A stretch of DNA of 64,000 bases from Dehalococcoidia bacterium. Lineage in GTDB: Bacteria > Chloroflexota > Dehalococcoidia > UBA6926. The first letter of the stretch is position 1. Each line of letters opens with the position of its first letter. Below are positions 50,366 through 61,055 of this stretch, piece by piece. Under the pieces are notes generated by a model, which saw only the letters and a program-made list of their open reading frames with translations, ran no database searches and had not been told where the DNA came from. A program made the translations under genes and the position numbers. The stretch is from NCBI GenBank assembly GCA_965220565.1, contig CBDCQG010000001.1:532297-596296 (forward strand), written 5' to 3'.

Positions 50366-51490
50366 ATGGAACACCATTTCCTGAAGATAATCGGCCTCAC
50401 CAAGAGTTACGACGGTGGCCGCACCCAGGCTCTGTCCGACGTCTCCTTTGACCTGGACGAGGGAAGATCATTGGCCGTTCTTGGACCGAGCGGTTGTGGC
50501 AAGAGCACGCTCCTCCGCCTCATCGCCGGGCTTGAAACGCCTGATGGAGGAGAAGCCGCTGTGAACGGCGATTCGTTGAACGACGTGCCGCCCCATCGCC
50601 GCGGCTTTGGACTCATGCACCAGGACCTCGCCCTGTTCCCACACCTCAACGTCCGTGACAACATCGCATTCGGCCTCCGAAGCCAACGATGGGATGTCGA
50701 GGCGATCGAACGCCGTGTCCATGAACTGCTGGAACTGATGCGCATCGAGCCGCTTGCCGACCGCTCCGTCGATGCCATTTCCGGCGGCGAACAACAGCGT
50801 GTCGCCCTTGCCCGATCCCTCGCGCCCCGCCCCCGGCTGCTCATGCTCGATGAACCGCTCGGCGCGCTCGACCGCCGTCTCCGGGAGGAACTTGTGCAGG
50901 AGGTCCGCCGTATCCGCGACCATGAGGGTGTGACCCTCATCTACGTCACCCACGACCATGACGAAGCGTTCGCAGTTGCCGACGATATCCTTGTGTTGGA
51001 GCAGGGCAGAGCCGTTCAGCACGGCCAGCCGGAAGATGTGTGGCTCAACCCTGCCACGCCGTTCGTCGCCCGATTCCTCGGCCATGAGAACCTCTTTCGG
51101 TGTGAGGTCTCCACGCGCGCCGACGGCACGAACGAGGCGCACTGTGCCCTTGGTGCATGGCAGCCCGCCGAAACCCCGAACAGCCTTCTTTGCACGGCTC
51201 TTATCCCGCCGGAAGCCGTAACCCTTGAGCCCCCCGCCGCTGCAATCGGCGCGAATAGCGAATCCCCTGCCGCTGCAACCGGCCCGGCTGCTGAGTATCC
51301 TGCGCTATCGGCAAAGGTCGTTGACGTCACCCTCCACGGCGGCAGTTATGACGTGCTTTTGGACGTTCGTGGTGAGACACTCCGTGCCCGCGTCCCCGTT
51401 GCAGACACGAGCAATCGCCCTCACCCAGACACAACCGCCTCAGTCACCATCGATTGGAGTCGAGCCCGCCTGCTGAACTGGACTGAGTAA
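50366..51490 (+). CDS. thiQ: ABC transporter ATP-binding protein
   Basis: GPSGCGKST, ISGGEQQR, LMLDEP, VTHD. Confidence 0.88.
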   Translation: MEHHFLKIIGLTKSYDGGRTQALSDVSFDLDEGRSLAVLGPSGCGKSTLLRLIAGLETPDGGEAAVNGDSLNDVPPHRRGFGLMHQDLALFPHLNVRDNIAFGLRSQRWDVEAIERRVHELLELMRIEPLADRSVDAISGGEQQRVALARSLAPRPRLLMLDEPLGALDRRLREELVQEVRRIRDHEGVTLIYVTHDHDEAFAVADDILVLEQGRAVQHGQPEDVWLNPATPFVARFLGHENLFRCEVSTRADGTNEAHCALGAWQPAETPNSLLCTALIPPEAVTLEPPAAAIGANSESPAAATGPAAEYPALSAKVVDVTLHGGSYDVLLDVRGETLRARVPVADTSNRPHPDTTASVTIDWSRARLLNWTE

Positions 51491-52171
51491 CCCTACCCGC
51501 TCCTGGAACACCAGCACCCGGCCCTCTTCTACGGTGATATTCGCCTGCTGCCACGCCAGCTCGTTGCTGACCCCGCGCGTTGAGCCGTACTGAAGCGTGA
51601 TGCCGAGCAGATCATACTTGAGGCCCCACGTGGTAACCGTCGCGCCTGTTTCTGAGAGCGGCAGCAGCGTTACGTAATCCCCGCGTTGTCCCGTCACAAA
51701 TGCCGATGCGTCCTTCCTGAGAACGAACGCCTCCCGGGTTTCATCGATCAGCCGAATATCGATTCCGCTGAGGTCCGACCGTACTGGCAAAAGCAGGTTC
51801 GCCACTCCGTGATCGATTCGATCCTGGCCGGTCAACGCGCCGAGGATGCGGATTCTCCGCGCCCCCCGCGCGATTGCCTCATCCAGCGCCAGTTCGCCGT
51901 CCGTGGCCGCCTTCTCCGATGGGTACTCCAGCAGCAGCCACCCACGCTCACGCGCCGTCCGGATGGCATCCTCTGACGCGGAGTCGAAATCACCGAGGCA
52001 CAGCGTTGGCGTGATACCCAGCTCCAGGCAGGTGTCCAGCCCACGGTCGGCGGCGATGATGATATCGCTCTCCCGCAGCGTGACCATGACACGGTCGCCG
52101 GCCGTGATGTCGCCTCCCGCGACGATGCAGGCGGTCAGCGGCCCGTTCGATGATGATTCTTGAGTGCTCAT
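51440..52171 (-). CDS. thiN: thiamine diphosphokinase
   Basis: AADRG, GDFDS, EKAATDGELA, RIDH, GLKY, RGVSNE. Confidence 0.92.
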   Translation of the reverse strand: MSTQESSSNGPLTACIVAGGDITAGDRVMVTLRESDIIIAADRGLDTCLELGITPTLCLGDFDSASEDAIRTARERGWLLLEYPSEKAATDGELALDEAIARGARRIRILGALTGQDRIDHGVANLLLPVRSDLSGIDIRLIDETREAFVLRKDASAFVTGQRGDYVTLLPLSETGATVTTWGLKYDLLGITLQYGSTRGVSNELAWQQANITVEEGRVLVFQERVGLLSPVQQAGSTPIDGD

Positions 52172-52277
52172 CGGCTTGCTGTGTTATTGTCGGTTGATTG
52201 TGCGGGCATTGGGCGATCACGCCCGCCAACCTATACTAGTATCAGTCGCAGGGTAGGGAACCGCCTGGGGGTAGACA

Positions 52278-53252
52278 TTGGTAGCGACGGTTGACCGCGC
52301 GCGCGAAGTTGTCGACAAGACGTTGGAGAACGTCGAACGGGTGATAGTAGGAAAGCGCGCGGCTGCGGAGCTTGCCCTGACGGCGGTATTGGGCGGAGGC
52401 CACTTCCTGATCGAGGACGTGCCCGGCGTCGGCAAGACAATGCTGGCCCGCAGCGTCGCCACCTCCCTCGGCGCATCCTTCAAGCGCGTGCAGTTCACGC
52501 CTGATCTGCTGCCCACCGACGTCATCGGCGTCAACCTCTACAACCAGCGGACCGGCGAGTTCGAGTTCCGCGCAGGCCCCGTTCTCGCTCATATCCTCCT
52601 CGCCGATGAGATCAACCGCGGCACGCCCAAGACCCAATCCGCGCTGTTGGAGGCGATGGAGGAAGGGCAGGTGACGGTGGATGGCGTGACCCATCCTCTC
52701 CCGCAGCCATTTCATGTCATCGCCACGCAGAATCCCCTGGAGCATGAGGGAACGTTCCTGCTGCCCGAGGCGCAGCGGGATCGCTTCTTCCTGCGCCTGT
52801 CGCTTGGCTATCCGACGGTCGACTCCGAGATGGAAATCATGGATCGAACCCGTCTTGAACACCCCATAGATAGTATTGAGCCCGTGACCACGCCGGAAGA
52901 GGCGCTGGATCTCCAACAGACGGTGCGGCAGGTGTACGTGGACGACCTCATCAAGCGATACATCGTCGACATCGTGGACGGCACGCGGGAACACGGCTCC
53001 GTCTACGTCGGGGCGTCCCCGCGCGGCGCGCTGACACTCTTCCGCGGCGGGCAGGCCCGCGCCGTCATGGACGGGCGCGACTATGTCCTGCCGGACGACA
53101 TCAAGTACCTGGTCAATCCGGTCCTGGGACATCGCATCATCCTCAATCCGAACGCCAGGATGCAGGGAATCAGCACGGATGACGTGCTGTCGCAGGTGCT
53201 GGAGCGTGTCCCTGTGCCGGGAGCCGTGCCGCGAGGGTGGCTGCGGAACTGA
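52278..53252 (+). CDS. moxR: MoxR-family AAA+ ATPase
   Basis: EDVPGVGKT, RVQFTPDLLP, DEINR, ATQNP, PEAQ.DRF. Confidence 0.95.
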   Translation: MVATVDRAREVVDKTLENVERVIVGKRAAAELALTAVLGGGHFLIEDVPGVGKTMLARSVATSLGASFKRVQFTPDLLPTDVIGVNLYNQRTGEFEFRAGPVLAHILLADEINRGTPKTQSALLEAMEEGQVTVDGVTHPLPQPFHVIATQNPLEHEGTFLLPEAQRDRFFLRLSLGYPTVDSEMEIMDRTRLEHPIDSIEPVTTPEEALDLQQTVRQVYVDDLIKRYIVDIVDGTREHGSVYVGASPRGALTLFRGGQARAVMDGRDYVLPDDIKYLVNPVLGHRIILNPNARMQGISTDDVLSQVLERVPVPGAVPRGWLRN

Positions 53253-53261
53253 GGGAACACC

Positions 53262-54518
53262 GTGCGGAGTCGCCGCGTCTATCTCGCCGCGCTGATCCTG
53301 ATGGCGCTGTTCCTGACCCTCGGGTCGGGATTCTACGTCATGTCCTACCTTCTCAGCGCCGTCATCGGCGTGTTCGTCCTGGCATGGCTCTGGACCAGGC
53401 TCAGCATGAGAGGCATCTCCGCCGGCGCTGATGATCAACCCTCCCTCGCCCAGGTGGGAGAGCGCGTGGAAGAGTCCGTCTGGCTTCAGAATTCATCCCT
53501 CCTTCCCCGCCCCTGGCTGCATGTTGAGGACATCGGCGACGTTCCCAGACTTGCGTCTGAGGTCATGGGCGTGCCCACGCGCGGCTCGCGGAACTGGACG
53601 AAACTGGGAACGCGGGCAGACACACGCGGCCGCTTTCACTGGGGTCCGTTGCGTGTCACCGCATCCGACCCCTTCGGCCTCTTTGAAATGACAAGAGTTA
53701 TCGGTGAAAAACGCGAGCTGGTCGTCTACCCGGCCCCGTTCCCACTGGAGGACTTCGTCATCTCCAGCGCAGAGGAGACCGGCGACGCGCCGGACTACCG
53801 CGCAACGTCCCAATTCACTCCCAACGTCGTCTCCGTCCGACGCTACACCGTCGGAGACAGCCTGAACCGCATCCACTGGAAGAGCAGCGCCAAGCTCAAC
53901 CGCTTGATGGTCAAGGAGTTTGAGACGGAGGTGCAGTCCGATCTCGCCATCCTGCTCGACCTCAACGCCGCCGTGCAGGTGGGTGAGGGCCTGACCGGAA
54001 CGGAAGAGGTTGCCGTCACGGTCGCCGCATCTCTTGCGCGATACTTGCTCGAATTTGACAACGGTGTTGGATTCTCCGCGATCGGCGACACGGAATACAC
54101 CATCCCCAACGGCACCGGCGATAAGCACATGTGGCGCATCTTGGAAGCACTGGCGCTCTGCAAAGCCGAGGGCAGGGTAAGCCTGAGTGAGTTGCTTGGC
54201 ATCCACGAGGCTCGTTTCAGCAGACGAACCGGCGTTATTGCCGTCACTCCGTCCGTTGAGGACGCGATGGCCGCCGCTAGCGTGCTGCAGGAGCGAAACT
54301 CCCCGGGAGCAGTCGTCCTCCTGGAGCCCACAAGCTTCGGAGCGCCCGGGGATTACACAGCGGAGTTGGCGACTCTCTACTCCATGGGCATCGCCGCCTA
54401 CGTCGTTCGCCTCGGTGACGATATTTCGCGGGCGCTGAGCTTCAACGCGCTCGGGCCCATCGCCATGCAGCCCGGTAATCGTCGCAGCTTTACGCGACCT
54501 GAAAGGTGGGGGGCGTGA
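53262..54518 (+). CDS. DUF58 domain protein
   Basis: DPFGLF, VRRYTVGDSLNRIHWKSSAK. Confidence 0.92.
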   Translation: MRSRRVYLAALILMALFLTLGSGFYVMSYLLSAVIGVFVLAWLWTRLSMRGISAGADDQPSLAQVGERVEESVWLQNSSLLPRPWLHVEDIGDVPRLASEVMGVPTRGSRNWTKLGTRADTRGRFHWGPLRVTASDPFGLFEMTRVIGEKRELVVYPAPFPLEDFVISSAEETGDAPDYRATSQFTPNVVSVRRYTVGDSLNRIHWKSSAKLNRLMVKEFETEVQSDLAILLDLNAAVQVGEGLTGTEEVAVTVAASLARYLLEFDNGVGFSAIGDTEYTIPNGTGDKHMWRILEALALCKAEGRVSLSELLGIHEARFSRRTGVIAVTPSVEDAMAAASVLQERNSPGAVVLLEPTSFGAPGDYTAELATLYSMGIAAYVVRLGDDISRALSFNALGPIAMQPGNRRSFTRPERWGA

Positions 54519-56857
54519 GCACGGAAGCGCGGCGCATGCCGCCTACCCAGCCCGCCTCTATGCCGCAGTGGCTGACCCGCGCGTGGCATCGCCTGGTGAC
54601 GTATCCGGACACAGGATGGCTGACAGTCTTCTTGGCGCTTATGGTCGCCGCCACTGTTGTCTGGAGTGTTGAGGACGCCCACTGGGTGCCGGTGATCCCG
54701 GGGGTGGGATTTGCCGTGCTCATCGGGGGCGCGGCAGGGTTGATCAACGCGACGCATCGCCGGAATTACGTCGCCCAACACGCCGTGGCCCTGTTCATCG
54801 CGCTGGCGCAGGCGTTCGCTCAAACGCTCACGGTCGTTACCGCTGCGAGCCTCGAAGGCAAGGCCCTGAGCGCCGGCTATCGCATGACGCTGTGGGCGCA
54901 GGCCCTCCTGGAGGGAGGCGCAAGCACGGATCGGCTGACCTTCGTCTTCCTCCTCCTGCTCGGCGCATGGGCCGTCGCCTATGTCACGGTCTACCTGACC
55001 CTCCTTCTGCGCAACATCTGGGCCACCTTGCCCGCGGGGTTTGCCATCGTCACCAACCTGACGTACCTGCCGCCGAGCACCCTCCCGTTCTTCATGGCGT
55101 TCCTGTTGGCCTCCGCGCTGCTCATCGTCCGCCTCGTGCATCTTGAGCGCCGCCGCAGATGGGATGAAACGACAACCACGCAGGGATCATGGCTGCCCGT
55201 CCACGTCATGCACGCCGGCATCTGGTTCGCGCTCATCATCTTTCTCGTGATCACCGTGGCCCCGACGCTCGACTCGGGCCCGCGATTCATCCGTTCGATG
55301 TGGACGGAGATACGCTCTCCCATCGGTGACGCGGAGGGCACATTCGCCCGCATCTTTGCCTCGCTGCCCGCTCGCCGGTCGATGGGGCTGTTCGGCTTTA
55401 CGGACGAACTGCCGTTCAGGGGAAACATCAACCTGCCCTCTGATGTGTTGATGCACGTCGAGAGCGATGAGCGGCTGTACTGGCGCGCCCGTACCTATGA
55501 CCGGTACGCGCGCTGGGGCTGGAGCAACAGCCCACTCGTCGTTGCTGAGCGGCGCGGCCTGGAAGACATCGCCGGAAGCAGTTACACCGGCTGCGCGGAG
55601 TGCATCAGGAACGTGACCTTTGAACTCAAGGCCCCGGCCAGCACGGTCTTTACCGCCGCCACCCCGCTCCGCACCACGCTGCCCGTCGAGGCCCAATTCA
55701 CCAACCTCGACGTCGACGAAGGCCATCGGCTGGTCAAGCTGGAAAGCCAGGACGTTCTGCAGCCCAACCAGCGGTATACCGTTCAGAGCTATGTCCCCCA
55801 GGTAACCGTCGAGAATATGAGCACGCTCACTCCCAACTATGAGAACTGGGTGACGGAGAGGTATCTGCAGCTGCCGGACGACCTCCCGCCGCGCGTCCGG
55901 CTGCTGTCCGAATCACTGGCTCAGAATGTCGATACGCCGTACCTCAAGGCCATCGCAATCCGGGAATACCTGCGGACGCTCGAATATTCGCAGAACATCA
56001 ACGCCCCTCCGCCCGGCGCCGATGGCCTCGAGCATTTCCTTTTCAGAGAACGGGCAGGGTATAGCGAGTATTTTGGCTCCGCCATGACGGTCATGCTTCG
56101 TGCGGCGGGCGTTCCGTCTCGAATGGTGGTCGGGTATCTGCCCGGTGAGTACAGCGACGAGCTGGGCGCGTTTGTTGTCCGCGAGACTGATCTCCATTCC
56201 TGGGCGGAGGCCTATTTCCCGGGATACGGATGGATTCCGTTTGAGGCGACACCGAATGTCGAGCCGGACGCCCCCGGCGGCCCGACGGGTACTTTCTCCG
56301 CCCTCGTTCCGGACGTTGACCTCGAACTCGCCGCCGATCTTGGCGCATTTGCATTTGAAGAGGCAGATCTGCTTCTGGAGGATAGTTTTTTCCAGTTCGG
56401 CGATGAGACCTTTGAAGACGCCGGGGGTGGCCTGATCCCCGGCGTGGGAGGCATTGATCCAAGGGTGTGGTACGCAGCCGGAGGAGCGGTTGGCGTTGCC
56501 GCGCTGGCAGCCATCCTCTTCTTGTGGTGGCAGGCCCTCGCGCGGCCGCGCACGGCGGGGAGGGCATACGCGCAAACCGTTCGCCTGGGGCGGCTGGCCG
56601 GCATCAAGACCCGGTCGGACGAAACTCCGGCGGAATATATCAGCCGCGTTTCCGCCGCGTGGCCTCGCGCAACATGGGCGCTTTATGGTGTAGTGCAGTG
56701 GTACGACCATGTCCTGTACGGCCCTGATAAGGACGCCCCGCCGGACAGGCCGTTCTCATGGCGCGCCATCGTCTTTGGGCTGCTGGCGCTCACATTCCTG
56801 AGATTCGTTCCCAGAGGGCGCGCCCGGGTGAGAAGGAGAACTGCAGATGCAAGCTAA
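54515..56857 (+). CDS. multi-TM transglutaminase-like protein (TgpA-type)
   Basis: LYWRARTYD, GYSEYFGSAM, HSWAEAYFPGYGWIPFEATP, C-terminal ETPAEY. Confidence 0.9.
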   Translation: MSTEARRMPPTQPASMPQWLTRAWHRLVTYPDTGWLTVFLALMVAATVVWSVEDAHWVPVIPGVGFAVLIGGAAGLINATHRRNYVAQHAVALFIALAQAFAQTLTVVTAASLEGKALSAGYRMTLWAQALLEGGASTDRLTFVFLLLLGAWAVAYVTVYLTLLLRNIWATLPAGFAIVTNLTYLPPSTLPFFMAFLLASALLIVRLVHLERRRRWDETTTTQGSWLPVHVMHAGIWFALIIFLVITVAPTLDSGPRFIRSMWTEIRSPIGDAEGTFARIFASLPARRSMGLFGFTDELPFRGNINLPSDVLMHVESDERLYWRARTYDRYARWGWSNSPLVVAERRGLEDIAGSSYTGCAECIRNVTFELKAPASTVFTAATPLRTTLPVEAQFTNLDVDEGHRLVKLESQDVLQPNQRYTVQSYVPQVTVENMSTLTPNYENWVTERYLQLPDDLPPRVRLLSESLAQNVDTPYLKAIAIREYLRTLEYSQNINAPPPGADGLEHFLFRERAGYSEYFGSAMTVMLRAAGVPSRMVVGYLPGEYSDELGAFVVRETDLHSWAEAYFPGYGWIPFEATPNVEPDAPGGPTGTFSALVPDVDLELAADLGAFAFEEADLLLEDSFFQFGDETFEDAGGGLIPGVGGIDPRVWYAAGGAVGVAALAAILFLWWQALARPRTAGRAYAQTVRLGRLAGIKTRSDETPAEYISRVSAAWPRATWALYGVVQWYDHVLYGPDKDAPPDRPFSWRAIVFGLLALTFLRFVPRGRARVRRRTADAS

Positions 56858-57449
56858 TGCCTACCGGACTATCTCAACACCGCTTGGATTCCTCGGCCTC
56901 GTCGCTTCTCCAAAGGGCCTCAAGGCAGTCTTGGGACCGCATGATGACCGAGAACTCGTCGAGCAGGAACGCGCCGAGATCCTTGCTCCACTGAGTGACG
57001 ACCCCGCCGGCGAGATCCTCAATCACTGGGCGGATGTTCTCTTACGCTACACAAACGGGGAGACGATGGACCTCTCCGGTCCGATGGACATGGACGGCGG
57101 CACGGAATTCCAGCGCGCCGTCTGGCAGGCGCTCACGGAGATTCCCGCCGGCGCCGTGTGGACATACGGTGACGTTGCCCACGCTATCGGCAGGCCAAAG
57201 GCGGCGCGTGCCGTTGGACAGGCCGTTGGCGCTAATCCGCTCGGAATCGCCGTTCCTTGACATCGTGTCGTGGGCGCGGACGGCGCCCTGACCGGTTTCG
57301 GCGGCGGACTCGCCACCAAGGAACGCCTCCTCCTCCATGAGGGTTGGGCGGACGCATCGAAACAGCGAGAGCGGACTGAGTCCCGGGCCGGATTCAGGCT
57401 GACGCGCCGTGAGCGAGGTCTGCGGCCCCGCATCGGCGTCATCGACTAG
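56847..57449 (+). CDS. ogt: methylated-DNA--protein-cysteine methyltransferase, predicted selenoprotein (UGA at the active-site Cys)
   Basis: GTEFQ..VW, ARAVG...[30 protein letters not shown]; read-through ends at TAG 57449. Confidence 0.9.
57261..57293 (+). promoter_or_regulatory. putative bacterial SECIS element of ogt
   Basis: 11 nt after the UGA comes the stem GGGCGC-GGACG-GCGCCC, with a G-first loop and GTC/GAC lower pairs. Confidence 0.75.
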
Positions 57450-57453
57450 CTGC

Positions 57454-59166
57454 TTACTCCTCCTCCAGGGACTCGTCCTCCACCGGCGCGCGCGGGCTGG
57501 AGCGGGCGCGTTCCAGGTATGTCGGATCCCGCAGCGTTTCTTCAATCATCTCTGACGCCCGCTCGCCCGCGGCCTCAAATGGAAGCAGCACCAGCGTCGC
57601 GCCAAGGTCTTCCAGGCGATGGGCCGTGGCGGCGGACTGGCTTGTCAGGAGAACGGGGCGGCGGAAGTCGTTTTCTCGCAGCGCCTCAAGCAGGCCCACT
57701 TCGATATCGGGCGCGCGGATCGTTGACACGGCGATGCGCGCAGAGCGGAGGGGCAGCCCCTGGAGGAATTCCGGCGCTTCAACGTCGGCGAATCTCATGT
57801 GAAAACCGAGGTCTTGCAGGCGGCGCACTGCCACAGGGTCGAAATCGACGCCCATCGCCTCAACACCAATGTCGCGCAGGCGGGACAGGATGACCGTGCC
57901 CAGCCGTCCCGTTCCGAAGACGAGCACCTGCACGGGCTGGTCCGCCTCGTCAACGATTTCGTCCTCCCTGTGAGCGATGGGGCGTTCCAGCTTGTTCGTG
58001 ACGGGCTGCACGAATCGGTAGATCTGGTTGGCATACGTGATCATGTAGGTGGACGCGGCGAAGGTGATCAATCCCACCAGCGTGACAAGGGCAAGGCTGG
58101 ATTCATCCACGTGACCCAGGTCCAGCCCGAGCGCCATCAGGATGAAGGAGAATTCGCTGATCTGGGCAAGCGCCATGCCGGCCACCAGCCCTGTACGGGC
58201 GCGGAAGCCCATTGCGATGGCGATGCCCATGACGATGAGCGGGTTGCCGATCAGCACGAAGAGCGAAAGCCCGATAGCGGGAAGAAGTTGGTCCTGCAGG
58301 TCGGAAAGCTGCAGATGCACACCCAGGCTCACAAAGAAGAACAGGAGGAGAAAGTCCCGAACCGTTGTCAGGCGGGCAGCAACCAGTTGGCGCGGCCTCT
58401 TGGTTGCCAGCACGACACCGGCAACGAATGCGCCCATCTCCGGGCTGAATCCCGCCCACGTCGCCCCTGCGGCCATGAGTACGGCCCAGGCGATGCCGCC
58501 GAGAACCAGCACTTCAGGTGTCGTGATCATGCGCGGCTCAATGAGCGGGATCAGGAACCGCGCCACGATGATCATGCCGATAACAAGCGCCGCGCCACGC
58601 AGCAGGCTCAGCCCCAGCTGCTCAAGAGTCGCCTCGGCGCCCTCCGCCCCTTCGAGGCCGGACAGCAGTGTGAGGGCAACGATGACGACAATGTCCTGCA
58701 CGATGAGGATGCCGAGCGCGATGCGCCCGTGCAGGGAGTCGATCTCTCGCCGGTCAGAGAGAACCTTGACGATGATGACCGTGCTGGAGAAAGTCAGCGC
58801 GAGAGAGATGTAGAAGGCGGTCAGGAGATCAAGGCCGAACAGGAGCGTGATCAGGAAACCGACGACGGTCGTGACGATCACCTGTCCGAGGCCGGATATC
58901 ACAGCAACGAAACCGGCTGTGCGGATGAGCGACGGATCAAGCTTCAGGCCAACAACGAAGAGCAGCAGCGCAATGCCAACGCGGCCAAACAGGTCAACAA
59001 ATTCGGAGTCCGCGGGCACCATGTCGACGCCGGCCGGACCAACGAAGACGCCCACGAAGATGAATGCCACGACAATCGGCTGGCGCAGCACTGTCGCGAC
59101 AACTGCCGCGAGAGTGGCGACACCGAGAATCTGTATCAGATCAACGAATTCGGCAGACGGAGTCAT
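57454..59166 (-). CDS. CPA2 cation:proton antiporter with TrkA-N domain (KefB/KefC-like)
   Basis: LLFVVGL, FSSTVI, LIVQD, QISEFSF, C-terminal GTGRLG. Confidence 0.92.
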   Translation of the reverse strand: MTPSAEFVDLIQILGVATLAAVVATVLRQPIVVAFIFVGVFVGPAGVDMVPADSEFVDLFGRVGIALLLFVVGLKLDPSLIRTAGFVAVISGLGQVIVTTVVGFLITLLFGLDLLTAFYISLALTFSSTVIIVKVLSDRREIDSLHGRIALGILIVQDIVVIVALTLLSGLEGAEGAEATLEQLGLSLLRGAALVIGMIIVARFLIPLIEPRMITTPEVLVLGGIAWAVLMAAGATWAGFSPEMGAFVAGVVLATKRPRQLVAARLTTVRDFLLLFFFVSLGVHLQLSDLQDQLLPAIGLSLFVLIGNPLIVMGIAIAMGFRARTGLVAGMALAQISEFSFILMALGLDLGHVDESSLALVTLVGLITFAASTYMITYANQIYRFVQPVTNKLERPIAHREDEIVDEADQPVQVLVFGTGRLGTVILSRLRDIGVEAMGVDFDPVAVRRLQDLGFHMRFADVEAPEFLQGLPLRSARIAVSTIRAPDIEVGLLEALRENDFRRPVLLTSQSAATAHRLEDLGATLVLLPFEAAGERASEMIEETLRDPTYLERARSSPRAPVEDESLEEE

Positions 59167-59280
59167 ATCCCTCGTCCCCGTGAATCGAAAGTGTGATTAC
59201 GCGTCAGGCCAACTATTCAATGATAGGGGATGAGTTGGGGCATGGGGGAGTCTGGCCGTGTCAGGTCTGGAGCCCGGTAG

Positions 59281-59703
59281 TTAGTCCCGCTCCTGGATGG
59301 CCTCCGGCATCATGCCGCGCACAATGTCAACGCGCATCAGTACGGCGGTCCCGATTCTCTCAGGGTCGCGCGCCTGCTCCGGCTCCACCACGCGCTCCCA
59401 CACCTGCTCCCAGAGGGGATCGCCCTGTGGATGGAACGTGACCTCGCCGTAGAATCGCCACCCGATGTTGAGTTCATTGTTGCGGAAGACAACGGCTGCC
59501 CTGGGATTCTCCTCCATGTTGCCCATCTGGTTGCGCCGCCCCCGCTCCCACCACGCGATGTGCTCGTCATCCCAGATCATTAGACTGCCGCGAAAGCCCA
59601 GGCCGGGCTCGCCGTCTTTTGATGCAGTCGAAATAATGCAGGGGTAGCCCTTCTCCAGCGCCGAGTTCACGTGCTCGCGCATCTCATCCGTCAGCTTGAT
59701 CAT
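59281..59703 (-). CDS. pyridoxamine 5'-phosphate oxidase-like (split beta-barrel) protein
   Basis: STASKDGEP...RGS, NMEENPR, GWRFYG; ATG 59703 follows a GGAGG RBS. Confidence 0.8.
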   Translation of the reverse strand: MIKLTDEMREHVNSALEKGYPCIISTASKDGEPGLGFRGSLMIWDDEHIAWWERGRRNQMGNMEENPRAAVVFRNNELNIGWRFYGEVTFHPQGDPLWEQVWERVVEPEQARDPERIGTAVLMRVDIVRGMMPEAIQERD

Positions 59704-59841
59704 GCAGTCGAATCCTCCGTGTCTTGTGTCGTGCGAAAGTTCTGTGACGCCTCGTAAATCGTACGCGTCAAGCCCCTCCGTAGTGTAAACTCTAGTCTCA
59801 TCAACGCGCATGATGAATATCATGTGGATTGGGGGTGAGTC

Positions 59842-60999
59842 ATGACAATGCGAGGCGCAGCGGCAATAGTGGGATTCGCGGAGATGCCGACGCGGCGCAC
59901 GTATGAGGGCCGCACGGCGCTCGGGCTCATGGCGGAGGCGTCACGTGACGCAATGGCAGACGCCGGCATCCGCAAGGAAGAAATCGATGGGCTTGTCGTC
60001 GAGGGCGGCAGCTTCTACCCCGCTCCCATCGGCGAATACATGGGCCTCAACCCCAACTTTGTAACGGGTGTCAGCACCATGGGCGCGAGCGGCGCAACGG
60101 CCACATCCGTCGCGGCGATGGCCATCTATTCCGGCCTCGCCACCACTGTTCTCGTCACGCTGTCCGAGGCCCGCCAGGCAGGAAGCCCATGGGGCAGCCC
60201 TCCCTCACCGGGCTTGAGGACCGAATTTGAAGATCCGTATGGCCCTGCCGTGGCGGCCAACACGGGCTATGGCCTCATGTATTCCCGCCACATGGCCGAA
60301 TACGGCACGACGCAAGAGCAGTTGGCCAACATCTCCGTGAACCAGCGATTCAACGCGTTGGAGAACGAGAACGCGGTGTTCCGCGGCCAGCCGCTGACCA
60401 TCGATGACGTGCTCAATTCGCGGTACATCAACTATCCGATCCGGCTATTGGAATCCGTCATGCCCTGCGCGGGTGGATCGGCCATCATCCTCACGTCGGC
60501 GGAGAGAGCCAAATCGTTGAGGAACAAGCCGGTGTACATCCTGGGCGCGGGAATCGCGTGTGATCCGCTTTCGGGTTGGCAGCGGGAACGCCTGACACGC
60601 TCCGTCGTCACACGGTCGGCCCCCATCGCGCTTGGGATGGCCGGATACGGGCCGTCGGATATCCAGTTCGCCCAGTTCTATGACTGCTACACCATCCTGC
60701 ATGCCGTTTGTCTTGAGGATGCGGGGCTTGTGCCCAAGGGGGACATCGGCCCCTTCTTCGCCTCAACGGACACCACGTATAAGGGCGAGTTTCCGATTAA
60801 CACGGACGGCGGGCAGCTCTCATGCGGCCAGCCCGGCGATGCCGGGGGATTCCGCCACGTGATCGAGGCGACGCGGCAGATCATGGGCCGCGGCGGTGTC
60901 AGACAGGTTGAGCGCAATGATCTCTGCCTGGTGAACGGTTGAGGCGGCACGGTGTCCAGTATGGCCACCCTGGTCCTCGGGTCCGAGGCCACGCTCTAG
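59842..60999 (+). CDS. thiolase-fold (SCP-x/Ltp2-like) protein, predicted selenoprotein (in-frame UGA at 60940..60942)
   Basis: AAIVG, YDCYT, PINTDGGQLS; after the TGA the frame continues GGTVSSMATLVLGSEATL-TAG, the normal final strand of this family. Confidence 0.85.
60943..60969 (+). promoter_or_regulatory. putative SECIS element of the thiolase-like gene
   Basis: GGTGTCC-AGTAT-GGCCACC hairpin with one mismatch; loop starts about 16 nt after the UGA and has G at position 2. Confidence 0.55.
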
Positions 61000-61055
61000 A
61001 AGAAACGGAGTATCGCGGCGGGATATTCTCGTTCGCGTCTGAGTGAGATACAGCG

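Noticed and set aside
51440-51490. 51-bp convergent overlap of thiQ and thiN
   Set aside because: It involves only non-conserved C-terminal tails and is a common arrangement.
56847-60999. Genome-wide UGA reassignment to Trp or Gly as the explanation for the two read-throughs
   Set aside because: Many genes end normally at TGA, including ATGA/GTGA overlaps; Trp is encoded by TGG; and the ogt UGA aligns with a catalytic Cys.
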